A stretch of 64,000 nucleotides of DNA, taken from NCBI GenBank assembly GCA_030646555.1, contig JAUSKP010000048.1:2236-66235 (forward strand). Direction: 5' to 3'. The notes under the pieces are model-generated. The model worked only from the letters and a program-made list of their open reading frames with translations. It was not told the DNA's origin and made no database searches. Positions 1 through 9,117 of this stretch are shown piece by piece; the stretch's first letter is position 1, and each line of letters opens with the position of its first letter. Source of the DNA: a bacterium (lineage in GTDB: Bacteria > Patescibacteriota > Minisyncoccia > UBA6257 > 02-FULL-45-10c). A program made the position numbers and the translations under genes.

Positions 1-4
1 TCTT

Positions 5-778
5 TTGGCGGATGTCCGCATCAGGGGCGTAAAAGTGGATGGGCACAAAGTGGTAAATCCGCTGGGATTTAAAGCAAAATCCGTAGAAATATATTTGAGC
101 GAAACTTTCGGTGTCAGGGATTTTATCAGGGGAGTCAGAGAATTAATGCCTTCCAATAAAATTATTTTCGTAAGCGAGGCGGGCACAACGCTGTCCCACA
201 CGCTTCTTAATTCTATAAATGAAAATAAGCCGTTGTTCCTGGTAAATTTATTTCCAAACCAAACCGCCGTCTTTCATGCTTCGGCCGGCCATCTGCGCCA
301 TATAGATAATTTTGCTTGGGGAGGCAATTCCTTGCTGCAAAATTTAAATGATAATTTTAAACTTGACGATGCCGTCTCTAAAACAATGATAGAAATTTAT
401 AATAGAAACGGCGGTTCTCCTCACCTGATTAAAAAATTGGAAAATATTTTTATGGAAGAATGCCAGCTTTTGGCTAATGGAATTGAGTTGTTGGCGCCGG
501 AAACCGGGAAAATATTCATAAATCCATACTTCAATCTTCCTTCTTGCCTGATCTCTGAAAGATTTGAGTCAAAGTTTAATAAAAATTTTAAAGTTGAATT
601 GTTATCCACCGATACAGTTATGAAAAAAACGGGTTTTACGATACAATTTAGTAAGTCTGTTAAAAAAATAAAGAATTTGTCAACGCTATCTTCTGTTCTG
701 TTGGAAATATTTTTGATGCCTAAAAACGAAAAGATCAATTATCTTGCCAATAGAAGGGTAAGGTGGCTTTTATCCTAA
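5..778 (+). CDS. hypothetical protein, 5'-partial at window edge; no family recognised
   Basis: Long ORF running into the window start, upstream of the infA operon. Possibly an actin-fold/FtsA-PilM-like C-terminal region, but no motif confirmed. Confidence 0.45.
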   Translation: MADVRIRGVKVDGHKVVNPLGFKAKSVEIYLSETFGVRDFIRGVRELMPSNKIIFVSEAGTTLSHTLLNSINENKPLFLVNLFPNQTAVFHASAGHLRHIDNFAWGGNSLLQNLNDNFKLDDAVSKTMIEIYNRNGGSPHLIKKLENIFMEECQLLANGIELLAPETGKIFINPYFNLPSCLISERFESKFNKNFKVELLSTDTVMKKTGFTIQFSKSVKKIKNLSTLSSVLLEIFLMPKNEKINYLANRRVRWLLS

Positions 779-791
779 CCAATTATTTTAA

Positions 792-2456
792 ATGAAAAAA
801 ATAAATATCAATAAAAGCGACGAGGCGGCTCTTATTGTTGAAAAAATTATAGAAACCGATTCAGACGAAGTTATTTTAATTATCCCAAGATTTTCTCAAC
901 TAGGGGAGTCTTTGAGCAATTTCCATCTTTTAAAAAGAGAGGCCGACGCTATAAGTAAAAAAATATTAATAGAGTCCGTAGATAACCGCGTTATTGAATT
1001 AGCCGAGCTTGCAGGCATTGAAGCCATAAATCCTTTTTTTGTAAAAAATAAAAGGCAATTTTCAGATATAATCCCTAAAAAAGAAAAAAGCGGGTCAGGT
1101 AAAAAAGATAAACCATCAGTTTCTACCAGAGAGACTTCTCGCGGAGAGGAAGATTGGAAAAAAGAAGAGGAATTTATTAAAAAAATTTCCAGCAATTTAA
1201 GCCTTGAAGAATTTGAAAACAAACAAAGTAGATTTCATAAAAAAGAAAAAGAGGAAAGAGTAGAAGAAGAAAGTAGTGAGGAAGTTGATGGATCTGAAGA
1301 AAAGGAATCTTTCATAAAAAAGATTCCCATTAAAATGGTTGTCGGAGCCGTTGTTTTAGGGTTGGTTGTTTTTGGCGCCGTCACAATACTTCCCAAAGTA
1401 GACATTAAGCTCGTTTCTAAAAAAATAGATTGGTCTTATAACGATTCAGTGATCACCCAAGTAAATGCTAAAGCTGATTACAAGACTGTCACCATTCCTA
1501 ATCAAAAATCTACTTCATCTAAATCTTCCTCTCTGCCATTTCCGGCAACCGGAAAAAAACAAGTTTCCGACAAAGCTTCCGGAAAAATGACGATCTATAA
1601 CAGCTATAGTTCCGATGCTCAAACCTTAGTAAAAGATACCCGTTTTCTTTCTCCCGATGGAAAGATATTTAAATTAGCCAAACAGATCATTGTGCCGGGA
1701 GCTAAAATATCCGAGGGCAAGATACTTCCATCAAGCATTGACGCGGATGTTGTTGCCGAAAAAGCCGGTGAAGAATACAACGTTGGTCCGGTGAAACTTT
1801 TCCAGATTCCAGGATTTAAAGGCACTCCAAAATACGCGGCGTTTTACGGGGAATCAAAAGGCAGTATGGCCGGCGGATTTGTTGGAGAAATTTCTTATCC
1901 AACCACATCCGATATTGCCGCTGCCAAGAAAAAAATGAAAGAAACATTGGAAAGCAGTTTGAAGACGGAGCTTTATTCTAAAATTTCCAGCGATTTTAAA
2001 ATTGTGGAAGGATCCTCGGTTTTTTCAACCACAAAAGAAGAGATAAATGAAACCGTTGATAAGGACGGCAATTTTTCTATTTCATCTGAAGCGCAGATGA
2101 CCGTTATTTCTTTTAAAGAATCCGATTTGATTGATGTATTAAGTCAAAAAGCGAAAGCCGAGAAAGGCGAGAATTATGCCGTTAAAAGCCATAGTTTGGA
2201 ATATGGCATTGCCAGAATGGATGTAGCTTCCGGGAGATTGAGCTTCCCGATGACTTTTAAGGCTGTTTTGAGCTATAAAACAGATATTGAAAAGCTTAAA
2301 AGCGATATTGCCGATATGTCGGATATTAAACTCAGAGAAACGATCTTTTCTCTTCCCAGTATTGATATGGAAAGCCAGAACGTTGTTTCGTTTTGGCCAT
2401 TTTGGGTAAAAACGGTTCCGAACAACCTAAATAAGATAAATATAACGGTTGACTAA
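792..2456 (+). CDS. hypothetical membrane protein: Lys/Glu-rich cytoplasmic N-region, one TM helix, large extracytoplasmic domain
   Basis: 554-aa ORF; TM segment VVGAVVLGLVVFGAVTIL; low-complexity KEEE stretch; no catalytic motif recognised. Confidence 0.55.
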   Translation: MKKININKSDEAALIVEKIIETDSDEVILIIPRFSQLGESLSNFHLLKREADAISKKILIESVDNRVIELAELAGIEAINPFFVKNKRQFSDIIPKKEKSGSGKKDKPSVSTRETSRGEEDWKKEEEFIKKISSNLSLEEFENKQSRFHKKEKEERVEEESSEEVDGSEEKESFIKKIPIKMVVGAVVLGLVVFGAVTILPKVDIKLVSKKIDWSYNDSVITQVNAKADYKTVTIPNQKSTSSKSSSLPFPATGKKQVSDKASGKMTIYNSYSSDAQTLVKDTRFLSPDGKIFKLAKQIIVPGAKISEGKILPSSIDADVVAEKAGEEYNVGPVKLFQIPGFKGTPKYAAFYGESKGSMAGGFVGEISYPTTSDIAAAKKKMKETLESSLKTELYSKISSDFKIVEGSSVFSTTKEEINETVDKDGNFSISSEAQMTVISFKESDLIDVLSQKAKAEKGENYAVKSHSLEYGIARMDVASGRLSFPMTFKAVLSYKTDIEKLKSDIADMSDIKLRETIFSLPSIDMESQNVVSFWPFWVKTVPNNLNKINITVD

Positions 2457-2495
2457 AATATAGCGCCGTGCTATATTTTGCATACCGTTTTTATT

Positions 2496-2708
2496 ATGAA
2501 AGATGACTCAGTAAAGCAGCTGGAAGGCATCGTTGAAGAGGCTCTTCCGGGCACTAATTTTAGAGTAGTAAGTGGAGATAAGAAAATTCTCGCGCATCTT
2601 TCTGGTAAAATGCGCATGAATTATATTAAAATATTACCAGGCGATAAGGTCCTGCTCGATGTCAGCGCTTACGATGAGACTCGGGGAAGAATAACAAGAA
2701 GACTTTAA
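2496..2708 (+). CDS. infA: translation initiation factor IF-1
   Basis: 70-aa S1-like fold sequence (LPGTNFRVV...[20 protein letters not shown]...YD..RGRI). The ATG at 2496 is preferred over the upstream TTG at 2478 given by the ORF track. Confidence 0.85.
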   Translation: MKDDSVKQLEGIVEEALPGTNFRVVSGDKKILAHLSGKMRMNYIKILPGDKVLLDVSAYDETRGRITRRL

Positions 2709-2750
2709 AGTAATCAACTAATAGCGAATTAAGTACGAATTTACGAATAA
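2707..2750. repeat. D-family repeat AAGTAATCAACTAATAGCGAATTAAGTACGAATTTACGAATAA immediately after the infA stop
   Basis: See the 54283-54325 feature; both copies begin at the A of the TAA stop. Confidence 0.75.
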
Positions 2751-2754
2751 TACT

Positions 2755-2868
2755 ATGAAGGTAAGAGCTTCGGTAAAAAAAATTTGCAACAGCTGTATAG
2801 TGGTCAGAAGAAAGGGCCGCGTTTGCATTGTTTGCAAAACTAAAAAACATAAACAAAGACAAGGTTAA
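2755..2868 (+). CDS. rpmJ: 50S ribosomal protein L36
   Basis: 37-aa ORF below the track threshold: [37 protein letters not shown], with the Cys-x2-Cys...Cys-x-His zinc-ribbon pattern, in the canonical position between infA and rpsM. Confidence 0.8.
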   Translation: MKVRASVKKICNSCIVVRRKGRVCIVCKTKKHKQRQG

Positions 2869-2873
2869 AATTT

Positions 2874-3257
2874 ATGAGACTATTGGGTATAAATATTCCG
2901 GACAATAAAAAAGTAGAAATTTCTCTTATGTATCTTTATGGCATAGGCCGTACTTTGTCGCGCGATATTTTGGAAAAAACTAGAATTGATATGAATAAAA
3001 GAGCGAAAGATCTGACTTCCGATGAACTTAGCAAGCTTAAAGAATATATTGAAAAAAATTATAAAATTGAAGGAGAATTAAAACAGATTATCAAGCAAAA
3101 TATAATGATGCTGAAAGATTTGGGAACTTATAGGGGATCCAGGCATGCCCGCAAACTTCCAGTGCGCGGACAAAGGACAAAAACCAATTCTAGAACCGTT
3201 CGCGGCAATGTCAGAAAAACTGCCGGCAGCGGTAAGAGAAAAACTGACTTAAAATAA
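2874..3257 (+). CDS. rpsM: 30S ribosomal protein S13
   Basis: MRLLGINIP...YLYGIGR; basic C-terminal tail; operon position. Confidence 0.9.
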   Translation: MRLLGINIPDNKKVEISLMYLYGIGRTLSRDILEKTRIDMNKRAKDLTSDELSKLKEYIEKNYKIEGELKQIIKQNIMMLKDLGTYRGSRHARKLPVRGQRTKTNSRTVRGNVRKTAGSGKRKTDLK

Positions 3258-3281
3258 TATATAAATTAATTTCTAAACAAA

Positions 3282-3737
3282 ATGGGAAAAGTTAAGGTGG
3301 CAAAAAACGAAAATAAAGAGGCAGTATTGGAAGGAAAAGACAAGGTTGAAAACGCAGTTGTAAAGACTAGCGCTAAATCAAGCGCTAAAAAAGTTGATAC
3401 CGGCAATGCTTATATAAAAGTTTCATATAATAATACTTTGATTTCGGTTACCGATGAAAAAGGTAATTTGTTAGCCTGGTCTTCAGCCGGCGCCCTTGGC
3501 TTTTCCGGACCTAAAAAGGCCACGCCATTCGCAGCCTCTAAAGTTGTCGCTGCGTTAGCTGAAAAATTAAAAAAGTCAGGTCCAGTCAATTTGCATGTTA
3601 TGGTCAATGGTATCGGCGGGGGCAGGGATTCTTCCATCCGTTCATTTGCCAACCAGGGTTTTAATATCTTATCCGTTAGAGACATTACCCCGATCCCGCA
3701 CAATGGTCCGAAACCAGTTAAAGTCAGAAGAGTTTAA
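3282..3737 (+). CDS. rpsK: 30S ribosomal protein S11
   Basis: YIKVSYNNTLISVTDEKGN...WSSAG..GF.G.KK.TPFAA core, with an N-terminal Lys/Ala extension. Confidence 0.9.
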   Translation: MGKVKVAKNENKEAVLEGKDKVENAVVKTSAKSSAKKVDTGNAYIKVSYNNTLISVTDEKGNLLAWSSAGALGFSGPKKATPFAASKVVAALAEKLKKSGPVNLHVMVNGIGGGRDSSIRSFANQGFNILSVRDITPIPHNGPKPVKVRRV

Positions 3738-3752
3738 TTTTTTAAAATAATT

Positions 3753-4367
3753 ATGTTTGATACTAGAGAAAAAAAGGAACGATCATTGGGCACTAAGCTT
3801 TTTTTGAAAGCCCATCGTTGTAATTCTCCAAAATGCGCCCTTGAAAGAAGGCAGGTCAAGCCGGGAGCTCATGGAGCCAGTAGGAAAGGAAAAAAATCAG
3901 AATATGGAGAGCAGCTCAATGAAAAGCAGAAAGTGCGATTTACTTATGGACTCAGGGAGTCTCAGATTCGCATTATTTTTAAAGCTGCTTCTAAAAAATC
4001 AGGAATTACGGGCAATATGATTATCCAACTCTTAGAAAGACGTCTAGACAATGTCGTTTTTAGGCTTGGATTAGCTCCATCTCGTTCCGTAGCGCGACAA
4101 TTGGTAAATCATGGACATATTATGGTAAACGATAAAAAGGTGACCATTTCTTCGTTTTCCGTGAAAGTAGGAGATAAAATAAGTATTCGTCCGCAATCAA
4201 AAGATCACGTAGTTTTTAAGGATCTGTCCGTTAATTTATTGAAGTATGTCGCTCCTCTTTGGCTCAATTTAAACCCGGAAAAATTAGAAGGAAAGGTAAT
4301 TTCTCTTCCGGCCGATATTGAGTTTCCTTTTGATATTAATATGGTCGTCGATTTTTACTCTAAATAA
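3753..4367 (+). CDS. rpsD: 30S ribosomal protein S4
   Basis: N-terminal C-x-C zinc-finger-like segment CNSPKCALER, S4 RNA-binding domain (ERRLDNVVFRLG). Confidence 0.9.
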   Translation: MFDTREKKERSLGTKLFLKAHRCNSPKCALERRQVKPGAHGASRKGKKSEYGEQLNEKQKVRFTYGLRESQIRIIFKAASKKSGITGNMIIQLLERRLDNVVFRLGLAPSRSVARQLVNHGHIMVNDKKVTISSFSVKVGDKISIRPQSKDHVVFKDLSVNLLKYVAPLWLNLNPEKLEGKVISLPADIEFPFDINMVVDFYSK

Positions 4368-4382
4368 TAATTAAAAAAAACT

Positions 4383-5144
4383 ATGGAATTTACATATTTA
4401 AGCGAGTCAGTAAGCATTAAAAAAATCTCTGAAACTATTACCGATGGCGTTTTTGAAATAGAAGGTCTTTATAACGGATATGGTTTAACGTTAGGAAACG
4501 CCCTAAGAAGAACTTTGTTTTCTTCTTTGCCCGGAGCAGCCATCACGCAAGTTAAAATAAAAGGCGTTGATCATGAATTTTCTACCATTCCGCATGTCTT
4601 AGAGGATATAGTGGAAATTTGCCTTAATCTTAAGAAAATAAGATTTAAGATCCTTGTAGACGAGCCTCAAATTTTAACATTGAAAATAAAAGGCGAGAAA
4701 AAAGTTTTAGCCAGTGATATTAAAGCCGGATCTCAAATTGAGATAATCAGCCCGGATATTCACATTGCTACTTTGTCTTCAAAATCAGCCGATTTAGATA
4801 TGGAATTAACAGTTGAAAAAGGCCTCGGATATGTGCCTGTTGAAGTCAGGAAATTTGAAAAACTCCCTGTCGGCACCATTGCCCTGGATTCATTTTTCTC
4901 CCCGGTTGTTAAAGTTAATTTTACGGTGGAAAATATGCGCGTAGGCGACAGGACCGATTATAATAAATTGAAAATAGAGATCAAGACAGACGGCAGTATT
5001 ACGCCTTCTTCCGCTTTGCATAAAGCCGGAAATATCTTGAAAGATCATTTTGATAAGATCTCAAAAGTAGAGGTATTGGAAATTACATCGGCTGAGACTA
5101 AAAAAGAAGTTAAAATCAAAAAAACAGTCAAAAAGAAGAAATAA
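4383..5144 (+). CDS. rpoA: DNA-directed RNA polymerase alpha subunit, N-terminal domain only (no alpha-CTD)
   Basis: LTLGNALRRTLFSSLPGAAITQVKIKGVDHEFSTIPHV matches the alpha-NTD dimerisation region. The protein is only 253 aa and ends in a Lys-rich tail. Confidence 0.85.
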   Translation: MEFTYLSESVSIKKISETITDGVFEIEGLYNGYGLTLGNALRRTLFSSLPGAAITQVKIKGVDHEFSTIPHVLEDIVEICLNLKKIRFKILVDEPQILTLKIKGEKKVLASDIKAGSQIEIISPDIHIATLSSKSADLDMELTVEKGLGYVPVEVRKFEKLPVGTIALDSFFSPVVKVNFTVENMRVGDRTDYNKLKIEIKTDGSITPSSALHKAGNILKDHFDKISKVEVLEITSAETKKEVKIKKTVKKKK

Positions 5145-5159
5145 TAAAAGCGATTAGTA

Positions 5160-5217
5160 CTTAGCGACTAGCGACTAGTAAAGAAAAAATACTAGGAACT
5201 AGTGGCTAGTGGCTAGT
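5160..5217. repeat. imperfect palindrome AGCGACTAGCGACTAGT...ACTAGTGGCTAGTGGCTAGT upstream of rplQ
   Basis: Tandem CTAGCGA / CTAGTGG units in inverted orientation; related motif at 34190-34215. Confidence 0.6.
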
Positions 5218-5229
5218 CCACTATTCACA

Positions 5230-5562
5230 ATGAGAAAGTTCCACAAGAAAAAGGGTCCGAGAAAGTTGTTTATAAAAACTTTGGCCCACAACTTAATAAT
5301 GAAGGGCAAGATGGAAACCACGGAAGCTAAAGCAAAGGGAATCAGGCCCGTTGTTGAAAAGGCTATGACTTTGGCTAAGAAAAATAATTTGGCCAGCTTG
5401 AGATTGCTTTTATCGAGACTCACCAAAGATTCAGCCAATAAATTATATTACGAATTAGCCCCGAAATATAAAGATAGAACCTCCGGATATTTGCGCATCC
5501 TAAAGATCGGCGGACAAAGAAAACGTGATGCCGCTCAAAAAGCATTAATTGAATTTGTATAA
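5230..5562 (+). CDS. rplQ: 50S ribosomal protein L17
   Basis: MRKFHKKKGPRKLF...LRIL..GGQRKRDAA. The track's GTG start at 5209 lies inside an upstream repeat, so ATG 5230 is preferred. Confidence 0.85.
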   Translation: MRKFHKKKGPRKLFIKTLAHNLIMKGKMETTEAKAKGIRPVVEKAMTLAKKNNLASLRLLLSRLTKDSANKLYYELAPKYKDRTSGYLRILKIGGQRKRDAAQKALIEFV

Positions 5563-5903
5563 TGGAATATATTATTGACGCGACAAATAAAAAATTAGGC
5601 AGAATGGCTTCAGAAATAGCTTCTATTTTGCAAAATAAAAAGAGCGCCTATTATGAGCCAAGGCTCGCCGGCAGTGATAGCGTTCTTGTCAAAAATATTG
5701 ATAAGCTGGATATCGCCGCTAATAAAAGAGAGCAAAAGATATATTATCGCCACACCGGCTATATGGGGCATTTAAAGGAAAAGAAATTAGGAATTGCTTA
5801 TGCTGAAAATCCCGCCAAGGTCTTGAGAAGGACTGTGGAAAGGATGCTACCGAAAAACTTTTTGAAAATGAAAAGATTAAGACGTTTAATTATTGAAAAA
5901 TAA
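5562..5903 (+). CDS. rplM: 50S ribosomal protein L13
   Basis: MEYIIDATNKKLGR.AS.IA..L...K....YYRHTGYMG.LK. Confidence 0.9.
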   Translation: MEYIIDATNKKLGRMASEIASILQNKKSAYYEPRLAGSDSVLVKNIDKLDIAANKREQKIYYRHTGYMGHLKEKKLGIAYAENPAKVLRRTVERMLPKNFLKMKRLRRLIIEK

Positions 5904-5904
5904 T

Positions 5905-6414
5905 ATGATAAAAAAAGCTGTAAAAAAGGAAACAACTAAAAAGGAGCCCGTAGTTAAAAAAGTTGCCATAAAATCAGCGGTTGTTAAACCGGTGATTGTT
6001 AAAAAGGAAGAGAAAGCGGTTTCAAAGGGCAGATATATTGAAACGGTTGGAAGAAGAAAAACTTCCATTGCAAGAGTAAGACTCATGATTAATGAGTCCG
6101 GCATTAAGATCAATGGAAAGGACTATAAAGATTATTTGAGGTTGTTAAAACTCCAAGAGATTATAATCGCGCCTTTAGCGATTTTGGAATTAAGAGATAA
6201 GCATGGGTTTACTGTTGTTGTGAGCGGTGGCGGAATATTTTCACAAGCCGAAGCCATTAGGCACGGAATTACAAGGGCTCTGATCAAATTAAATGCTGAA
6301 TTTAGAAAGAGGCTTAAAAAATACGGCTTTATTACCAGGGATTCAAGAATGGTAGAAAGAAAGAAACCGGGCCTTAAAAAGGCAAGAAAAGCTCCGCAAT
6401 GGGCCAAGAGATAA
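5905..6414 (+). CDS. rpsI: 30S ribosomal protein S9 with Lys-rich N-terminal extension
   Basis: GRRKTSIARVRL...VVVSGGG..QAEAIRHGITRAL...KKPGLKKARKAPQWAKR. ATG 5905 is preferred over the TTG at 5893 that overlaps the rplM stop. Confidence 0.85.
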   Translation: MIKKAVKKETTKKEPVVKKVAIKSAVVKPVIVKKEEKAVSKGRYIETVGRRKTSIARVRLMINESGIKINGKDYKDYLRLLKLQEIIIAPLAILELRDKHGFTVVVSGGGIFSQAEAIRHGITRALIKLNAEFRKRLKKYGFITRDSRMVERKKPGLKKARKAPQWAKR

Positions 6415-6432
6415 GGATTTAGTAAATAAAAA

Positions 6433-6467
6433 CTCCCTCAATCCATCGGATTGAGGGAGTTTTGTTT
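6433..6467. terminator. bidirectional rho-independent terminator
   Basis: 12-bp stem CTCCCTCAATCC/GGATTGAGGGAG with a 3-nt loop, A-run before and TTTTGTTT after; between convergent rpsI and ORF 6466-7863. Confidence 0.75.
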
Positions 6468-7863
6468 ATTGTGCGATCTTATATAGAGATTCGTTCTTGA
6501 TCAGAAATATTGAATTTTCCTGTCCGTCGTAAAAATATTTATCAATGCCGGTATCAATCGTTTGCAGATTTACTGGCTGATCATCATTGATCTCTAAAAA
6601 TTTCAGGGTTGTTTCGGATTTCACAAATAGATAATAGGAATTACCACTCCAAATAAAAGGAAGACTGGTATCTAAAGAGCTTATTTCAAAAGATGAAGTT
6701 CCCATTGATTTTTTGTTGAATAATTCGTAATCATCCCCGATAAAGAATATTTTTATCGTATTATTAGAGACCGTGGCTATTTTTTTACTATCCGGAGAGA
6801 ATTTAAAGAAAGTTGGGTTATCTATCAGGTTTATTAAATTGTTTTCTTTTTTAGATCTGTCTAAAAGTGTCAGCTTGTTATTTTCGGATAAAGCTACGAA
6901 TTGATTATTTGGTGAAATTTCTAAAGAATTAATACCCGCTTGATTTAATAGGGTAGAGGTCTCACCATTGTTTAAATTGTAGAAATATAAAGAATTTGTA
7001 TCGGTAAAAAATATTTCTTCTCCGCTAGCGCTAAAAAGAGTATATTGGCCGGGGTTAATTATTTCCAGGGAGGGCCTATAAAAATCTAAAATGTATAAAT
7101 TTTTATTTGTTGCTAGGATAAGCTTGTTTTTATCAGAGGGATGAGCGATGATTTTTTTAATAGGATTTTTATCGGTAATTATTTTTTGATACTTAAGATT
7201 ATCAAAAAGCAAATTGATATTTAAAGCGGAATTGTTTTGCGCGGGATTGATAATAAGATAATTTTTTGTAATCTCATCGTAAACTAAAGCAGATTTTTTG
7301 CCGGCTAGCCACGTTAAGAATTCGGTTCCCTTGATTATTTTGTCGCCCATTCTCAACTTATTATTTGTATCTTGCCATGCCAGATAGTTAGTATTTGAAA
7401 AAAAATCCCCAACTTTGTTTTTTAAAAGCGTTTCGGCGCTTTTTACGGGAATTAAAATTATTGGATAAATTTGAGTGACTAAAGATGGTTTTATAGCCAA
7501 GTTTTTATTCCATGATTGATACTCGTCTTTTTGTATGGAAATATGATAGGTTTTTGGAAATAGATTAGCTATTAATAAGCCACTTTTCATAAAACTGGAT
7601 TTTATTTCAAAACTTAACTTATCTACTCGGACCGAAGCTTCGGTTGGTTCTACATTCAAATAAAGTCCGCCAAGCTTTACAAAGCTAAGATTGCCAAGAT
7701 CAAAACGCCAGCCATTGGAATAGGGAATAATAAAAAAGGCGAGAATTAAGAAGATTATTATTAGGGCGTAAAATATGAGCCGTCTAATTTTTAGATTCAT
7801 TTTAATTGAGTTATTATGTAAGTAATACTTATTATGAAGTTTATCATTAACGGAGGCAAGCAT
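6466..7863 (-). CDS. membrane-anchored beta-propeller (TolB/PD40-like repeat) protein
   Basis: N-terminal TM helix (LIFYALIIIFLILAFFIIPY), then repeated motifs of the type FSPDSKKIA.., ISPNNQFVAL... Convergent with the ribosomal operon. Confidence 0.55.
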   Translation of the reverse strand: MLASVNDKLHNKYYLHNNSIKMNLKIRRLIFYALIIIFLILAFFIIPYSNGWRFDLGNLSFVKLGGLYLNVEPTEASVRVDKLSFEIKSSFMKSGLLIANLFPKTYHISIQKDEYQSWNKNLAIKPSLVTQIYPIILIPVKSAETLLKNKVGDFFSNTNYLAWQDTNNKLRMGDKIIKGTEFLTWLAGKKSALVYDEITKNYLIINPAQNNSALNINLLFDNLKYQKIITDKNPIKKIIAHPSDKNKLILATNKNLYILDFYRPSLEIINPGQYTLFSASGEEIFFTDTNSLYFYNLNNGETSTLLNQAGINSLEISPNNQFVALSENNKLTLLDRSKKENNLINLIDNPTFFKFSPDSKKIATVSNNTIKIFFIGDDYELFNKKSMGTSSFEISSLDTSLPFIWSGNSYYLFVKSETTLKFLEINDDQPVNLQTIDTGIDKYFYDGQENSIFLIKNESLYKIAQ

Positions 7864-9099
7864 TTAAAAGGCGAGGTGTCCGTGAAGGGATTTAAAAATT
7901 CTGCTACCCCCATTATAGCCGCTACAATTTTAAATACTACCGGTAAAACTATCCTGGAAAACATCCCCAAAATAGGCGATGTTTTGACGATGCTTGATAT
8001 ATTAAAAAGCTGCGGATCCAAACAGAAATGGATAGGCGAATATTCTATTGAAATAGATAATACCGATTTTTCACCTGAGCTCATAGACCACGTTTTGGTT
8101 AAAAAAATAAGGTCATCGGTTCTTTTGGTGGGACCAATGCTTGCCAGATTTAAAAAATTCAAATTAGCCACTCCGGGCGGCTGCCATATCGGCGCCAGAC
8201 CATTAGATACCCACCTTGAAGCATTTAAAGAACTTGGAGTTAAAATTAATTTTGATGAAAAAGCCGGTTTGTATGAATTGTCTTTTAATGAAATAAAGGG
8301 CAATAAAATAATCTTAAAAGAATTAAGCGTCACTGCCACGGAAAATTTATTGATGTTCGCGGCTGACAACAATTTGGAAATAAGGCTGGCCGCGACAGAG
8401 CCGCATGTTTTAGATCTTTCTATTTTTTTGAAAAAGATAGGAGTATCTATTTCCGGACTAGGCACCAATTTTTTATTCGTCAAAAAGAGAGAGAACAGCG
8501 CCAATAAAGAAATAAAACACAGAATAATCAATGATCCTATTGAGGCGGGAACTTTTGCTGTTTTGGCGGCGGCCACGAAGAGCGATATTTTAATTAAGGG
8601 GTGCAACCCCGAATTTTTAGACGCGCCCATTATGAAATTAAGGGATTTTGGAGTATCTTTTGAAATAAGCGATAATAATATCCGTGTAAATGGAAAGGCT
8701 TCGGTATTAAAGGCGGCAAAAATTCAAACGCTTCCTTATCCAGGCTTTCCAACCGACCTTCAGGCTCCATTTGGAGTTTTAGCCACACAGGCCAAGGGCA
8801 GTTCGCTTATTTTTGACATTATGTATGAAGGCAGATTAAAATATATAAATGAATTGAAAAAGATGGGGGCGGATGCAGTTATCCTAGATCCTCATCGGGC
8901 AATTATTACCGGGCCGACAGTTTTGGAAGGAGCAGAGATAGAAAGTTTAGATTTGAGAGCGGGAGCCACGCTCGTGATTGCGGCCTTACTAGCAAAAGGT
9001 AAAAGTGTGATTGGAAATATTGAACAGATAGACAGGGGATACGAAAAACTTGATGAGCGACTAGCGAAACTAGGAGCAGATATAAAAAGAACTAATTAA
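7834..9099 (+). CDS. murA: UDP-N-acetylglucosamine 1-carboxyvinyltransferase
   Basis: MKFIINGGK.L.GEV.V.G.KNSA.PI..A..L; EPSP-synthase fold length 421 aa; GGCHIGARP.D.H. Confidence 0.9.
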   Translation: MKFIINGGKHLKGEVSVKGFKNSATPIIAATILNTTGKTILENIPKIGDVLTMLDILKSCGSKQKWIGEYSIEIDNTDFSPELIDHVLVKKIRSSVLLVGPMLARFKKFKLATPGGCHIGARPLDTHLEAFKELGVKINFDEKAGLYELSFNEIKGNKIILKELSVTATENLLMFAADNNLEIRLAATEPHVLDLSIFLKKIGVSISGLGTNFLFVKKRENSANKEIKHRIINDPIEAGTFAVLAAATKSDILIKGCNPEFLDAPIMKLRDFGVSFEISDNNIRVNGKASVLKAAKIQTLPYPGFPTDLQAPFGVLATQAKGSSLIFDIMYEGRLKYINELKKMGADAVILDPHRAIITGPTVLEGAEIESLDLRAGATLVIAALLAKGKSVIGNIEQIDRGYEKLDERLAKLGADIKRTN

Positions 9100-9117
9100 T
9101 TTTTTAAATATAATAAA

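Noticed and set aside
5209-5229. GTG start at 5209 for rplQ given by the ORF track (MASPLFT...)
   Set aside because: The extension lies inside the CTAGTGGCTAGT repeat and adds non-conserved residues. The L17 alignment begins at MRKFHKK (ATG 5230).
7797-8630. 277-aa antisense ORF opposite murA, and similar long antisense ORFs (14447-14839, 42338-42796, 42841-43479, 54923-55468, 10920-11459)
   Set aside because: Each lies opposite a gene with strong, family-diagnostic motifs (murA, mreB, FAD oxidase, pgk, frr). AT-rich genomes generate long antisense ORFs, and no independent signals support them.
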